This document shows, in pieces, positions 63,265-64,000 of a stretch of 64,000 bases of DNA. This DNA is from Eledone cirrhosa (Eukaryota), in NCBI GenBank assembly GCA_964016885.1, contig OZ024741.1, positions 365,304,001-365,368,000 on the forward strand, read 5' to 3'. The notes under the pieces are model-generated. The model made no database searches, was not told where the DNA came from, and worked only from the letters and a program-made list of their open reading frames with translations. A program made the translations under genes and the position numbers. Position 1 is the first letter of the stretch; every line of letters starts with the position of its first letter.

Positions 63265-63270
<6 letters not shown>
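62230..63270. repeat. Composite direct plus inverted repeat with degenerate hammerhead motifs
   Basis: Inverted arms ~62440-62732 and ~62934-63230; direct repeat ~62268-62430 and ~62635-62825; CTGATGAAGGGTGATACCCAGAAA on each arm. Confidence 0.8.
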
Positions 63271-63323
<53 letters not shown>

Positions 63324-63655
63324 TTTCGCTATTCATATATAGTTATGTAATAAACAACATAAGGCAATTATTTCATTTACCAGTGGTTTCTTGAAAGCAA
63401 ACAAATTTTGCTTTCAATCATCAGAATGAATACATCCTGAACTTCTTCTCTGCTCTCTACGCCTTACATCCACTACGATTTTTTTACCTTCTGAACTCAC
63501 TTTCTGTACTCTTATATTCTTTTTCTCCTCTATCTCCCCTTATATTTAAACCTTTTCCTATGTATTTATTTTCCCTATTCCCCCTACTTTATACCTTATC
63601 CTTTACATACCCACCTGTTTTAATTTTAGATATTTATTTCTGTGTGTGTGTGTGT

Positions 63656-63710
<55 letters not shown>

Positions 63711-64000
63711 GGGCATATGTGTATATATGTATATATATATACCGCCAGAGATTCGATTTTACTGATTTCCAATTATATTATTCTCCTAGATTTAATAATT
63801 AACCAATTAATTTAATTAGACAATTCTGTTGATTGGTTAATTATTTGTGTTTGTTTTATAACATCTAGTTGAGAGCTTATCATGATGATTAGCGGAAATT
63901 AAAATATTTCCTTTCGCTAGCATTTTGAATGACCCATCTAAAACCGGGGGTTATTTCCCTTGCCGGAATTAACACGTGATAACTATAGATGCGATTAGCA

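Overview
AT-rich, microsatellite-dense eukaryotic DNA with no host gene I can support. The repeat types suggest an invertebrate, probably an octopus or other cephalopod (inference only). The core is a ~29.5 kb retrotransposon nest (9.56-39.07 kb) built on one (AAT/ATT)n microsatellite. It holds five Tx1-clade LINE copies, all on the minus strand, one with an intact 1135-aa APE-RT-zinc-finger ORF2; three Dong/R4-clade RLE LINE copies, all on the plus strand; and tRNA-derived SINEs. The most interesting signal is an apparent LINE-SINE pair: the SINE ends in nearly the same ~22-nt motif as the Tx1 LINE, has no tail of its own, and its readable target-site duplications (10-19 bp) start with ATTAT, the same target polarity as the Tx1 copies. 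The Tx1 copies also conserve a stem-loop hiding a GTAAGT splice-donor motif between ORF1 and ORF2, and one copy is a 5'UTR-swap chimera. Outside the nest are several minimal hammerhead-ribozyme motifs in Penelope/retrozyme-like direct and inverted repeats, RTE and CRE-like LINE fragments, a non-autonomous Helitron and several long palindromes. All coordinates were read by eye and may be off by a few bases.
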